From: an uncultured Candidatus Saccharibacteria bacterium
GTDB taxonomy: Bacteria > Patescibacteriota > Saccharimonadia > Saccharimonadales > Saccharimonadaceae
Length of the DNA stretch: 64,000 bases
NCBI GenBank assembly: GCA_964525315.1
Contig: CAZGGJ010000004.1
Span: forward strand, 5,675 to 69,674
Direction: 5' to 3'
Shown here: piece by piece, positions 18,475-27,583 of the stretch
How positions within the stretch are numbered: the first letter of the stretch is position 1
Layout of the letters: each line of letters begins with the position of its first letter
The notes under the pieces: generated by a model
What the model was told of the DNA's origin: nothing
Databases searched by the model: none
Seen by the model: only the letters and a program-made list of their open reading frames with translations
Translations under genes and position numbers: made by a program

Positions 18475-20847
18475 ATGGCAGTTGCTCTACGGGCAGCGGC
18501 TGCAGGAAGTCACCTTGGCTCTGGCGCCACAATTACCTTAGACAAACCTGTCGGCATCGAAGAGGGTGATTACTTGATAGCCTTTTTACACAGCCAGGTT
18601 TCTGCGGCGACGAGTGATTTTATCCCTCCGGCCGGTTGGACGAAGATTGGCCCTACTTTTACTGCTAATAATGCTGCCCAGCGTGTGACATCTATGTTTG
18701 CTAAATTTGCCGGTAGTTCAGAGCCCGGTACTTATACCTTCGATGTCCCCCAGGCTGGTGCTCGAACGCTTGGTGTGGTGCATGCGTATAGCGGCGTCAA
18801 TACGACAAACCCTGTCGCCGCGTCTTCGGGATTTTCTGTCATTGGTACTGCGAATAATACGCTCAATGTCGCGGCTTTTCCAGCTTCGGATTCGCTGTAT
18901 ACTATCGAGATAAGTGGGAGTCAATTTGCTGCGCCAGATTCTTACGCGCTGAGTAGCTATACGGGCGGGCTGACGCTACAGTCTGAGGTTTTTCGTGCTT
19001 CGGGTGCTACTCATAATCCGCCCTCCGAGGATACGACGGTATCCAGAAGTTATTTGCGTGTTTGGAATGGTATGGTTGGTGCTGGTGGGGTTCCGGCGCA
19101 CGTCATCACGACGACCGGGGTTGCTAGTCAACGTTGTGCAGCTTTGATCGCCTTGAATGCCGCATCGATTCCGACTGCCGATTTGCCAACGTTAGCAGGC
19201 TGGACGACTGATTATCGCCCGGCGAACGAGTCGTTGACGCCGACGAGTGGTGATACTGCACATCCTGTCACTCTGACCATGAGCGCTAGCTATAGTGGTT
19301 TGGCGCCAGTGGTGGGCGATTATTATGTACTGGTCCTTCAAATGGGTACGCCGCAAGCCAACGTGAAGCTGCCGAGTACGCCAGCGGGGTGGACGCAAAT
19401 CCGAGCTGCCGGGTCACCGAAGACGGCCGGCACGATGACGACAGGCGCCTGGGTCAAGCGACTCCAAGCCAGTGATATTGCCGGAGGTAACGTTACGGTG
19501 AACTTGACAGTCAACAATGATACCGGACGGGCATCGACGCCGACATTTCTCGGGTTTTGGGTACGCGGAGCAGAAAATGTAGTTATCGGTACGTCTCAGG
19601 ACCGTCAGGACCATACGTCTCTCGATACGTATGGAGCATATCCGCTTGCGCTGACGGTGCCGAATACTGCCCCAAGTACTAAAGTACTTGGCATTACGCT
19701 TGCTACAGAGCGCACCATCGCTGCTGAGACAGCCGGACAGATGTCGTATTTAGCGAGCGACGGTGTGAGCGCGCAGACACGCTGGGCAAATAGTATGTTC
19801 CAGAGTATGGCATTTGCCGACGCGACGTTTCTGACTGTGAGTGCCGACCTCACTGACCAAAAGGGCGGTCAAAGTACACCATTTTGCATTAAATGGCCAA
19901 ATACACACAACTATAATGCCTGGGCAGTGCAGCTGGCGTTTGAGAGCCCAGCCGCTACAACTTCTGGCTTGGTAATCCGCCGCAGTACCGGTACTGGGCT
20001 CCAGGCAGCCTACTTGAAGGTATCGAATGGCAATGGAACGCTCTCAACCCCTGGCGGACTCCGTGTCGTCAAGCCAGGATACACTACTGTCACTACGATG
20101 CTAGCCAGCACGCCGTTTTATGTGGCGCACCGTGGCGGCAGCCGGGATTTCCCCGAGATGAGCTTATACGCCTACGGCCAGTCAGCTCTGCGAGGCTATG
20201 GCGCGCTTGAGATTTCCCTAGCACGTACGAGCGATGGCGTATGGTTCGGTCTGCACGACCAAGATATCAATCGTACCTCTGGTACAACTGGCTTGGGTGC
20301 TGCCTCGACCATGACGTGGGCGCAAATCCAAGGTTACCAAATTCTCGGGAGTATGGCCGCAAATAATACTGGACAGGCTGCTCGGCCCTACATGCGGCTT
20401 GAAGAAATCATCAGCCTCTACTATCCGAGTCATGTTCTCTTCCTCGATATAAAGTATGCCAGCGCCTTCCAAGCGGAATTTATCAGCAAGATAAACGCGC
20501 TGCCGGGTACGCCGCAAGACCACATCGTCGGCAAGGCCTTTGGCGTCGGTGCCAGCTTTACCAATGCCATGCACGCCGCCGGCTACAAGACGTGGGGGTA
20601 TTTCTACGAAGCTGATTATACCGGAGGCACGCTCGCCAGTAATCAAGCGAACTGGGATATATTAGGGATGGATTATGGGGCATCATCGGCTGCCTGGACT
20701 GCTGTTACTGGTTATGGCAAGCCGGTTATCGGCCACATTTGTCCCACTACAGCCGCCAAAAATACTGCCATTGGCTACGGCGCAGCCGGCCTGATGTGCT
20801 CAGGCGCCGTCGCCATCGTTCCAAATACACCGTATAGCAATAATTAG
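18475..20847 (+). CDS. large multidomain protein with C-terminal glycerophosphodiester phosphodiesterase (GDPD) domain
   Basis: 790-aa ORF starting 3 nt after the collagen gene stop. The C-terminal about 245 aa carry GDPD landmarks (FYVAHRGGSRDFPEMS, ALEISLARTSDGVWFGLHDQDINRTSG), with His-Arg-Gly at about nt 20128. N-terminus is MAVALRAAAAG (degenerate tag). Confidence 0.65.
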   Translation: MAVALRAAAAGSHLGSGATITLDKPVGIEEGDYLIAFLHSQVSAATSDFIPPAGWTKIGPTFTANNAAQRVTSMFAKFAGSSEPGTYTFDVPQAGARTLGVVHAYSGVNTTNPVAASSGFSVIGTANNTLNVAAFPASDSLYTIEISGSQFAAPDSYALSSYTGGLTLQSEVFRASGATHNPPSEDTTVSRSYLRVWNGMVGAGGVPAHVITTTGVASQRCAALIALNAASIPTADLPTLAGWTTDYRPANESLTPTSGDTAHPVTLTMSASYSGLAPVVGDYYVLVLQMGTPQANVKLPSTPAGWTQIRAAGSPKTAGTMTTGAWVKRLQASDIAGGNVTVNLTVNNDTGRASTPTFLGFWVRGAENVVIGTSQDRQDHTSLDTYGAYPLALTVPNTAPSTKVLGITLATERTIAAETAGQMSYLASDGVSAQTRWANSMFQSMAFADATFLTVSADLTDQKGGQSTPFCIKWPNTHNYNAWAVQLAFESPAATTSGLVIRRSTGTGLQAAYLKVSNGNGTLSTPGGLRVVKPGYTTVTTMLASTPFYVAHRGGSRDFPEMSLYAYGQSALRGYGALEISLARTSDGVWFGLHDQDINRTSGTTGLGAASTMTWAQIQGYQILGSMAANNTGQAARPYMRLEEIISLYYPSHVLFLDIKYASAFQAEFISKINALPGTPQDHIVGKAFGVGASFTNAMHAAGYKTWGYFYEADYTGGTLASNQANWDILGMDYGASSAAWTAVTGYGKPVIGHICPTTAAKNTAIGYGAAGLMCSGAVAIVPNTPYSNN

Positions 20848-20862
20848 AGGAGTCTTTAGCAT

Positions 20863-21051
20863 ATGTATGACATCACGAAAGCAACGGCAGTCAAAAAAGA
20901 CGACGAGACAATCGGATACCTATTGCAACTAAACGAAGAGACCTGGCTGCCACTCAATATGCTTGGCGAGCCGCTCGGGCCACCGTCGTATGAAGCCGAT
21001 GCCAAGAAGACAGTTGAGCATCAGGACGCAGGCGGGAGCGCCACCTTATAA
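20863..21051 (+). CDS. small hypothetical protein (62 aa)
   Basis: RBS GAGGAG lies at 20847-20852, 10 nt upstream of the ATG. Acidic product with no recognisable motif. Confidence 0.4.
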   Translation: MYDITKATAVKKDDETIGYLLQLNEETWLPLNMLGEPLGPPSYEADAKKTVEHQDAGGSATL

Positions 21052-21076
21052 GACGATGCATGCATCTGAGGATATT

Positions 21077-21100
21077 CCCAAATAAACAGGTAAATTTGGG
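21077..21100 (+). terminator. weak hairpin CCCAAAT-N10-ATTTGGG
   Basis: 7-bp stem (21077-21083 / 21094-21100) after the small ORF and before P4. The downstream tail GATGCTTTGT is weak. Confidence 0.3.
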
Positions 21101-21154
21101 GATGCTTTGTAGCGCGAAATCATCGCTCTAGTTACTTGCCTACGAGGACCGCAC

Positions 21155-21185
21155 TTGACGATTCCTCTGGGGGGGGGGGTATCAT
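21155..21185 (+). promoter_or_regulatory. poly-G spacer promoter P4: TTGACG-8nt-G11-TATCAT (spacer 19)
   Basis: TTGACG is at 21155-21160, the G11 run at 21169-21179 and TATCAT at 21180-21185. The leader AGAAGTAACATAACC is identical to that of P1. Confidence 0.65.
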
Positions 21186-21238
21186 AGAAGTAACATAACC
21201 GCTATAGCAGAGACGATGGAGGGAGCGAGAACAACCGC

Positions 21239-22663
21239 ATGTCAGCGACGCTGAGCAACAACGCTGAAGGGGGAGTAGACGGCGCAAATGTGGCACCGCT
21301 TAACTCTGGCGGTATCTCAGGCGATATCATCACCCATACATATACTGGGTCGGGTGCGTCGCTGAAGTTTTCGAGTGCGGTAGCACGTGGGGCGCTTGCC
21401 TACGAATTCAAGACCGGCGCGACGGCTACCGAGTCGTTCATGACGTTTCTGACATTGCCGCCGGCTGATATCGTATATATGCGCTTTGCATTCTATATGC
21501 CGTCATCAATGGCGGGGGTATCGTTGCGATTCTTGGGAGTAGGGGACGCTGCTTTGACGACGGGCATCACCGCCGGTGTGCGCTCCAATGGGCAGATTAT
21601 CTTTCGTAATGGGGCAAATACCGTTATTGCTAACTCATCAACCACTGTGAAGTTTAATCAGTGGATGCGTATCGAACTGAAGTTTGTGTTGAGCGCGACG
21701 GTCGGGCAAGTAGAGATGAACTTATTTACCGAAGTAGATTCGCCGTATCCGGCTGAGCGACTTGTCTCGCCGGCAAGCTTCAACACACTACCAAATGACC
21801 CAAGTACAGTCCGTTACCAGTTGGGTTTGGTCGGGTTTGCTGTGGCGAACGGTGCACTCTATGTTGATGATATTACTCTCAGCACTGCCCCGATTACTGG
21901 TCCAGCTGACGCGACTCAGCCAGCCAATTTATTGCTGCGTCAAGGCGCTGAATCAGGAACGAATGGCACGGTAGTGACGCGGCTTGTATCGGGGAGTAGC
22001 GACGACCGGTTCCTCGATGACGTGTCGGGTGATTGTACCTATAGCGATGTCCAAACAGCGCACGGCAACCTTGCACTCTGCATGCAGACAACCGACAGTA
22101 CCGCCACAACACTATCGTGGCAGCAGTTCTCAACACCTTCGGTGGCCATGCGGTTCTACGCGTATTTCACGAGTTTGCCGCCTGCTGCGACAGAGTTTGC
22201 TCAGTTGGCAACAAGCCCCTACACCAGCTTTACGCTACTAGCGCGATTTTCGATGAGGGCGGATGGGTATATTCATGTCAACCAACACAGTGCTGCCGGT
22301 GCTTCACCAATTTGGACGTCTGCATCGCCACTTTCGCTCAATACGTGGTATCGATTTGAACTATTCGCGAGCCTCGGCGGCACGACAACGACCGGCACGA
22401 TACAGGCCGCATATTATGCGCTAGATTCGACAACTGCCATTGATAGTTTTTCTACTAATACCGCCTGGCTGGGCTTGGAAAACTTTGGTGCGATGCGCCT
22501 TGGCAAGATAAACGTAAATGCGTGGGCCACGACTATCTATATAGACGATATGGCACTCCAGCAGAACGCGACTGGGTTCGTCGGTCCGTACACGGCTCCG
22601 CCCACGCAGCCCGCACCATATCCGGGAATCATCCCACATCTTGGGTGGGGAAGGCGAATATAG
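21239..22663 (+). CDS. tandem lectin-like (concanavalin-A/LamG-type jelly-roll, tentative) protein
   Basis: 474-aa ORF. Its two halves are alike (..WMRIELKF.. / ..WYRFELFA..). Paralog of 38177..39595, with shared N-terminus M.A.LSNNA.GGV and C-terminus G(I/V)(I/V)PHLGWGR. The same domain type forms the N-termini of the 24688 and 27584 products. Confidence 0.5.
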   Translation: MSATLSNNAEGGVDGANVAPLNSGGISGDIITHTYTGSGASLKFSSAVARGALAYEFKTGATATESFMTFLTLPPADIVYMRFAFYMPSSMAGVSLRFLGVGDAALTTGITAGVRSNGQIIFRNGANTVIANSSTTVKFNQWMRIELKFVLSATVGQVEMNLFTEVDSPYPAERLVSPASFNTLPNDPSTVRYQLGLVGFAVANGALYVDDITLSTAPITGPADATQPANLLLRQGAESGTNGTVVTRLVSGSSDDRFLDDVSGDCTYSDVQTAHGNLALCMQTTDSTATTLSWQQFSTPSVAMRFYAYFTSLPPAATEFAQLATSPYTSFTLLARFSMRADGYIHVNQHSAAGASPIWTSASPLSLNTWYRFELFASLGGTTTTGTIQAAYYALDSTTAIDSFSTNTAWLGLENFGAMRLGKINVNAWATTIYIDDMALQQNATGFVGPYTAPPTQPAPYPGIIPHLGWGRRI

Positions 22664-22685
22664 CATGACGAGAGAACGGTAAATT

Positions 22686-24680
22686 ATGAGTATTGCGGCG
22701 CGGCGATTATCTAGGGCAAGCCAATCTACGGCGGTACCTTCTGGGGGAGATGTTATCGTTGGGACGGGCGCGCTTCCTATTGGTAGCGCCAGCTATGCTA
22801 TGCCATCTGATGGAACAGCACGTTACGTATCACCAACTGGTGCGAATGGCAATGCTGGTACGTCACCGGCTGCACCATGGCAAACATTTGAATATGCAGC
22901 AGCTAACACGCCGGCTGGCGGAACAATCGTATTGCGGGCTGGTGTGTATCATGAGGGTAAAGTATTTACAGGAACGGCCAACAATGCCACGCGTGGGTAC
23001 GTCGCCATTCCTCTCAATAATAGCAATATCACCATTCAGAATTACCCTGGAGAAACGGTCTGGTTCGACGGCTCGTCGGTCTATGCCGGCTGGGCAGCTG
23101 ACGGCGGCTATTGGTCACGGACATGGACGCCAATGCGTCGCGACCTGACCAGCTGGGCATCGTCCTACCCGCCCGCTACCGACACTCAGTCGGCGAGCAA
23201 CGGATGGCAATCGCTCGACAATCCGGCTGTCGGCTGGACCTATGTCGACTACGGCGACACGACGAATGCGTGTGCAGCCAGGCCAGAGCGAGTGTGGGTC
23301 GATGGTGTGCAGCTGACGCAAGTTGCCAGCTTGGCCGACCTTGGTCCGGGCAAGTTCTTCGCCTCCGCACACACCAACAAGATTCATATTGGCACTAACC
23401 CTACCGGCAAGGAAGTGCGGATTACTGACTTGCAGACACTGTTCAACGCGCTTGGTACGGGCTTCACGATGCGCGGTATCGGGATTCGCCGCTATGCTCC
23501 GTCCATGCCGCAGTTTGGCTGCGTCAAAATCCATCAGTCCAATGCCATAATCGAGAACTGCGTGTTCGAAGACATTGCAGCCAAGGCGCTCTCGCTGGTG
23601 GCCGGTGCGGGTACGGAAAAGAACTGGCGAGTGTCGCGCTGCAACTTTGTGCGTATCGGTAATCTCGGCATCAATTTCGGCGGCGAGGATGTCACTATCG
23701 AAGATTGTCGATTCGAGTATTGCAACGACAAGCGGTTCAATCCTGCGCCAGATGCTGGTGGCTGGAAGGGTGGTGGGTGTCGCAATGTGCGTATCCAGCG
23801 CAATTTACACTATCGCACACAGCGTGGCAAAGGTGGCTGGTTTGACGTCGATTGTATGGGACTTACGGTCGTCAACAATGACTACATTGAGGTCGAGCAG
23901 CGCGGTCAAATCTACGAGCTGGCACGCGATATCCTGGATATCGGTAACCGGCATATTGGCGGTGGTGCCGAAGGTATTGTACTGATGGACTGCGAAAACG
24001 CCGAGATTTGGAATGCCAGCTTCTATGACCTTGGCAGCAATCGTGGGCAGGTTATGGGTCAGGACACCGTCAACTGTACTGGTATTTCGGTGCTCACCGA
24101 TAGCCGTGTCGGGGCGAACGCGTCTGGTGATTCGCGCTTTTCGTATCACAATGCGCAGTCGCTGGCGATTTGGCCTACGCCGCAGACGAACCGGTATATT
24201 ATGCAGAACATCAAGGTACGTAACTGTGCGTTTGGTCCGTCGAATTACTGGGCATATTTCCAGTATATGTATTTGGGCACAGTGCCATCTGATGGCGGGT
24301 CCAATCCCTTGCGGCAGTACATGAGCCGGGCCGACCTGGACCGTAACTACTACAATGGACATGGTAGTAAGCAGGTGGCCGCTCGTACCTATCCATGGGT
24401 GCTGCAGATAGGCACGACGACACCGCAGAATCGAATAGGGTCCAGCATAGCTAACTTGCGCAGCCAATCGACCACTGATGGCGACGTGCAGGAACCTAAT
24501 GGTATAGAGTTTACTGATACCGACCGTATGACCGCAGAGGGGTACTTGTCTGCCAGCTATAAAACTGCCGCCGATGCTTTGGCTGAACCTATCCCCTCTA
24601 CTGTAGCCGCATTGCTTGGTGTAGCGAGCGGTACTCAGCTGATGGGTGCTCGTATTCACTCCACGGAAGGGTTGGTATAA
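22686..24680 (+). CDS. beta-helix (DUF1565/pectate-lyase-like) protein with ARRL tag
   Basis: 664-aa ORF. N-terminus is MSIAARRLSRASQ. Motifs: GSASYAMPSDGTARYVSPTGANGNAGTSPAAPWQTF, TIVLRAGVYHEG, ITIQNYPGETVWFDGS, MRGIGIRRYAP. Confidence 0.7.
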   Translation: MSIAARRLSRASQSTAVPSGGDVIVGTGALPIGSASYAMPSDGTARYVSPTGANGNAGTSPAAPWQTFEYAAANTPAGGTIVLRAGVYHEGKVFTGTANNATRGYVAIPLNNSNITIQNYPGETVWFDGSSVYAGWAADGGYWSRTWTPMRRDLTSWASSYPPATDTQSASNGWQSLDNPAVGWTYVDYGDTTNACAARPERVWVDGVQLTQVASLADLGPGKFFASAHTNKIHIGTNPTGKEVRITDLQTLFNALGTGFTMRGIGIRRYAPSMPQFGCVKIHQSNAIIENCVFEDIAAKALSLVAGAGTEKNWRVSRCNFVRIGNLGINFGGEDVTIEDCRFEYCNDKRFNPAPDAGGWKGGGCRNVRIQRNLHYRTQRGKGGWFDVDCMGLTVVNNDYIEVEQRGQIYELARDILDIGNRHIGGGAEGIVLMDCENAEIWNASFYDLGSNRGQVMGQDTVNCTGISVLTDSRVGANASGDSRFSYHNAQSLAIWPTPQTNRYIMQNIKVRNCAFGPSNYWAYFQYMYLGTVPSDGGSNPLRQYMSRADLDRNYYNGHGSKQVAARTYPWVLQIGTTTPQNRIGSSIANLRSQSTTDGDVQEPNGIEFTDTDRMTAEGYLSASYKTAADALAEPIPSTVAALLGVASGTQLMGARIHSTEGLV

Positions 24681-24681
24681 T
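24673..24681 (+). promoter_or_regulatory. extended -10 (TGGTATAAT) 6 nt upstream of ATG 24688; candidate leaderless promoter
   Basis: TGG is at 24673-24675 and TATAAT at 24676-24681, inside the last codons of the upstream gene. No Shine-Dalgarno sequence lies between the box and the ATG. Confidence 0.45.
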
Positions 24682-24687
24682 ACAGCC

Positions 24688-27540
24688 ATGAGCATTGCAG
24701 CCAGGCGTATGCAACGAGTAGTTCAGGTGGGGGCGAGCGCGCCTTCAGCGTATACTTTTGGGTTTGATGCCGGCACAGCTGGCACGGCCGTATCAACGAC
24801 TGTCACGGCAGCCGGCGATAAGCCTTGGGATGCAATTGGCATTGGGGCTGGTTCGGCCTTGAATTATGATGCAGCGCATGTTGCTCATGGTGCGATGGCA
24901 GCCAAACTGACTGCTGTGAGCAATATTCAGACGATTACGCGCTGGACAATTCCTGAGGCCAAGCGTGGTGCGTTTCGCTACTATGTGTGGTGGGATGCCA
25001 ATCCAACGGGCGATACGATTCCGCTGTGGTTTGGTTCGGACAATACCACTGGTTTTTGTAGTGTCATGCTCGGTTCAAACGGGAGCTTTCGCGCCTACAC
25101 GCCGGCGAGTAGCACTGCGCTGTATGGGTCGGCAGCATCAGTCCTCCCCTTAGGTGGTTGGGCGCGAATCGAAATGGTCTACCGCCTCGATGAAGCCACG
25201 CCCGGAAACAGTCAAATTCGTTTTGCTCTCTATGCTGCTGATTCAACTACTGCGCTAGCTGATTCTGGCTGGTTGACGGTGGACCTTGGCACTGGCGGGG
25301 TTACGTATATACGAGTTGGCAAATACGATAGCTCTGTCAATGCAACACCGCATTGGTTGGATTCGATTACGTTCAAGCCTGGTGCGACTGGCTTGCTTGG
25401 CCCAGTTGGAGGTACGCTGGTCAACCAAGCGCCTATTGCCAACGCAGGACAAAACCAGACAGTATCAACCAGCTCAGTAGTAACCTTGAATGGGTCTGGC
25501 TCGAGCGATTCGGATGGTTCGATTACCGGCTATAGCTGGACACAAGTATCGGGTACGGCAGTGACGTTGTCGAATGCAAGTGCTCCACAACCGACATTTA
25601 CCGCTCCCGCAACCGCCGGCTCGCTGGTATTCTCTCTTACAGTAACGGACAATCAGGGTGCCACAAGCACCGATACAGTGACTATTACCGTTACGGTTCC
25701 CCCAAGTGGCTCGCCGATTGATGATGCCGGCTCCCTGCCGGTTGGCAGTGCGAGCTATACGGTACCAGGCGGTGCGATATTTATGGCGACCAATGGTAAT
25801 GACAGCAATGCGGGCACCCAGGCTAGCCCGGTAGCCACATTGACGCGTGCGGTAGCGCTAGTGCCAGCGAATGGCACGATTGTGGTACGCGCCGGTGTCT
25901 ACAACGAAGGCGAAGACACGCAGGATGGCGCTTATCCCATGGGTACCGTTATCGGTAAAAAGCTCACCATACAGAATTATCCCGGTGAGACAGTCTGGTT
26001 TGACGGGTCGGTGCCGGTAACGAACGCTTGGACCCAAAACGGTTCGGTGTGGAGCTGCAATTATGACCAATTATTCGACCGCTCGCCGACATTCTCTTCG
26101 GGCCAAGAGGACGGAGCTGGCTATGCGACCGGGGCTGGCGGCTATTTCTTGTCGCAGTCGCGACCTCAGGCATCGTGGCCAGATATGGTACTATACGACG
26201 GTACTCAGCTGGAACAGGTGGCGACGCTCGGTGAAGTAACGACTGGCAAATTCTTTGTCGAAGGCGCGACCACCACTGGCAAATGGTTCCGGGCAACCAA
26301 GCTGCATATCGGCAGCAATCCTGCTGGCCACCAAGTCCGCTACGCCAATAAATGCAAGCTTATCACTGTCAACGGTGCAAGTTCGGGCATGACCTTCCGG
26401 GGCATCGGTATCCGGCGCTATGCTACATATACTGCCGGTTGGGGAGTGTTCTACCTGCAAGGGCCGACCACGCTCGAAAATGTCGTCATTGAAGATACTT
26501 CTGCCTCCGCGATGTTCATGGGTGGCAACTACTCAGGCTTTACGGTGCGCAAAGTGACCGCCCGCCGGATTGGCCTCAACTTCGTCACCACCAACCAAGC
26601 CGACAATTTGCTGTTCGACCGCATCGATGTGCAGTACTGCAATTACTCCGGCTACAACGTGTGGGGGCCGGCAACCAGGACTATCGCCGTCGCTAAAACA
26701 CAGTTCATTACGCTAAAGAATTCGATTATTTCTAATAACAACTCCAACGGTTTCTGGGTCGACCAAACCACCAATACGCCGATTTGTGTCAACTCACTAT
26801 TCGAGAACAACGTCAATCGCCCCATCGATTACGAAACGTCCTCGGATGGCATCATCGCCAACTGTAAGTTTATCCATAACGGCGCGGTGACGGTGTTTAT
26901 CAACGATGCCGATACCACCCGCATGTGGAACAACGCGCTGGCCGAAAATTCCTGGGGCGTCGCCGGCAACGGCGGACCATTCGGTGAAAGCACGACGACT
27001 AGCGTACCGCTCGTCCAAATCGGTCAATCATCGCGCCGCTACGACATCTCAACCTATTCTTACTGTATCGATAGTCGTTTGCCGAGCTCATACTACACTG
27101 CCACCCCCAAGCACCAGTGGACCATCAATGATGTGGAGATATGCAATAACGTGATGGCTAGGGCAGGGGTCAATACCTATTCGATGATTATCGCCGGTAA
27201 TTCCAGCGACGCCACACGGTCTCCAACGCGAACGTTCCTGGGCAATGTCAACTTGCGTATCGACAGTAACGTCTATCACTGGGGAGGCGATAAGCCGTCG
27301 TATCCATGGGCGTTTGGAAATGGTTATCAGGCAAATTCGACCATCTACCAAACGCTTGCAGCCATGCAGGCAGCAACGGACAAAGACGATAACGGTACGT
27401 TCTATACTAATGACCCGCTCGATAGTAATTACCAACTGACTGATGGCTCCGTTCATACTAAGGCACAAGGTTTGCCGGCAGATATCGCAGCGCTTATAGA
27501 GCAGCCTGCCGGTGCGAAACATATTGGAGCATTTTGGTAG
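24688..27540 (+). CDS. giant ARRL-tagged protein: lectin-like jelly-roll + PKD-like Ig domain + beta-helix
   Basis: Start chosen at MSIAARRMQRVVQ (nt 24688); the track start 24646 overlaps the upstream gene. The PKD-like segment is PIANAGQNQTV....LNGSGSSDSDGSITGYSWTQVSGTAVTL....TFTAP. The beta-helix signature is GSASYTVPGGAIFMATNGNDSNAG, TIVVRAGVYNEG, LTIQNYPGETVWFDGS, FRGIGIRRYA. Confidence 0.7.
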   Translation: MSIAARRMQRVVQVGASAPSAYTFGFDAGTAGTAVSTTVTAAGDKPWDAIGIGAGSALNYDAAHVAHGAMAAKLTAVSNIQTITRWTIPEAKRGAFRYYVWWDANPTGDTIPLWFGSDNTTGFCSVMLGSNGSFRAYTPASSTALYGSAASVLPLGGWARIEMVYRLDEATPGNSQIRFALYAADSTTALADSGWLTVDLGTGGVTYIRVGKYDSSVNATPHWLDSITFKPGATGLLGPVGGTLVNQAPIANAGQNQTVSTSSVVTLNGSGSSDSDGSITGYSWTQVSGTAVTLSNASAPQPTFTAPATAGSLVFSLTVTDNQGATSTDTVTITVTVPPSGSPIDDAGSLPVGSASYTVPGGAIFMATNGNDSNAGTQASPVATLTRAVALVPANGTIVVRAGVYNEGEDTQDGAYPMGTVIGKKLTIQNYPGETVWFDGSVPVTNAWTQNGSVWSCNYDQLFDRSPTFSSGQEDGAGYATGAGGYFLSQSRPQASWPDMVLYDGTQLEQVATLGEVTTGKFFVEGATTTGKWFRATKLHIGSNPAGHQVRYANKCKLITVNGASSGMTFRGIGIRRYATYTAGWGVFYLQGPTTLENVVIEDTSASAMFMGGNYSGFTVRKVTARRIGLNFVTTNQADNLLFDRIDVQYCNYSGYNVWGPATRTIAVAKTQFITLKNSIISNNNSNGFWVDQTTNTPICVNSLFENNVNRPIDYETSSDGIIANCKFIHNGAVTVFINDADTTRMWNNALAENSWGVAGNGGPFGESTTTSVPLVQIGQSSRRYDISTYSYCIDSRLPSSYYTATPKHQWTINDVEICNNVMARAGVNTYSMIIAGNSSDATRSPTRTFLGNVNLRIDSNVYHWGGDKPSYPWAFGNGYQANSTIYQTLAAMQAATDKDDNGTFYTNDPLDSNYQLTDGSVHTKAQGLPADIAALIEQPAGAKHIGAFW

Positions 27541-27571
27541 ATGTATGGTAAGAGTTTTTTTGTAGGTAAGG

Positions 27572-27577
27572 TATAGT
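27572..27577 (+). promoter_or_regulatory. -10-like box TATAGT 6 nt upstream of ATG 27584; candidate leaderless promoter
   Basis: Same box-to-ATG geometry as at 24688, 30698 and 45146. No Shine-Dalgarno sequence. Confidence 0.35.
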
Positions 27578-27583
27578 AGATAT

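Noticed and set aside
21055-21066. Perfect 12-nt palindrome GATGCATGCATC after the small ORF.
   Set aside because: It is too short to carry a function on its own. No partner site or repeat of it was seen elsewhere in the window.
24646-24687. Upstream-extended start codons in the ORF track: 24646, 39520, 14534, 49529, 57903 and 55748.
   Set aside because: The extensions overlap the preceding gene and destroy the conserved N-termini (ARRL tag, signal peptide, prepilin leader). They also lack an RBS. Downstream ATGs restore motif alignment with the paralogs.
23805-24695. Large antisense ORFs inside beta-helix and surface-protein genes. Examples: 23805..24695(-) 296 aa, 52731..53573(-) 280 aa, 53999..54880(-) 293 aa, 3876..4538(-) 220 aa.
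   Set aside because: Each is fully contained in a longer sense ORF with recognisable motifs and paralogs. The antisense products are Arg/Ala-rich with no motifs or RBS. This is typical of shadow ORFs in moderately GC-rich DNA.
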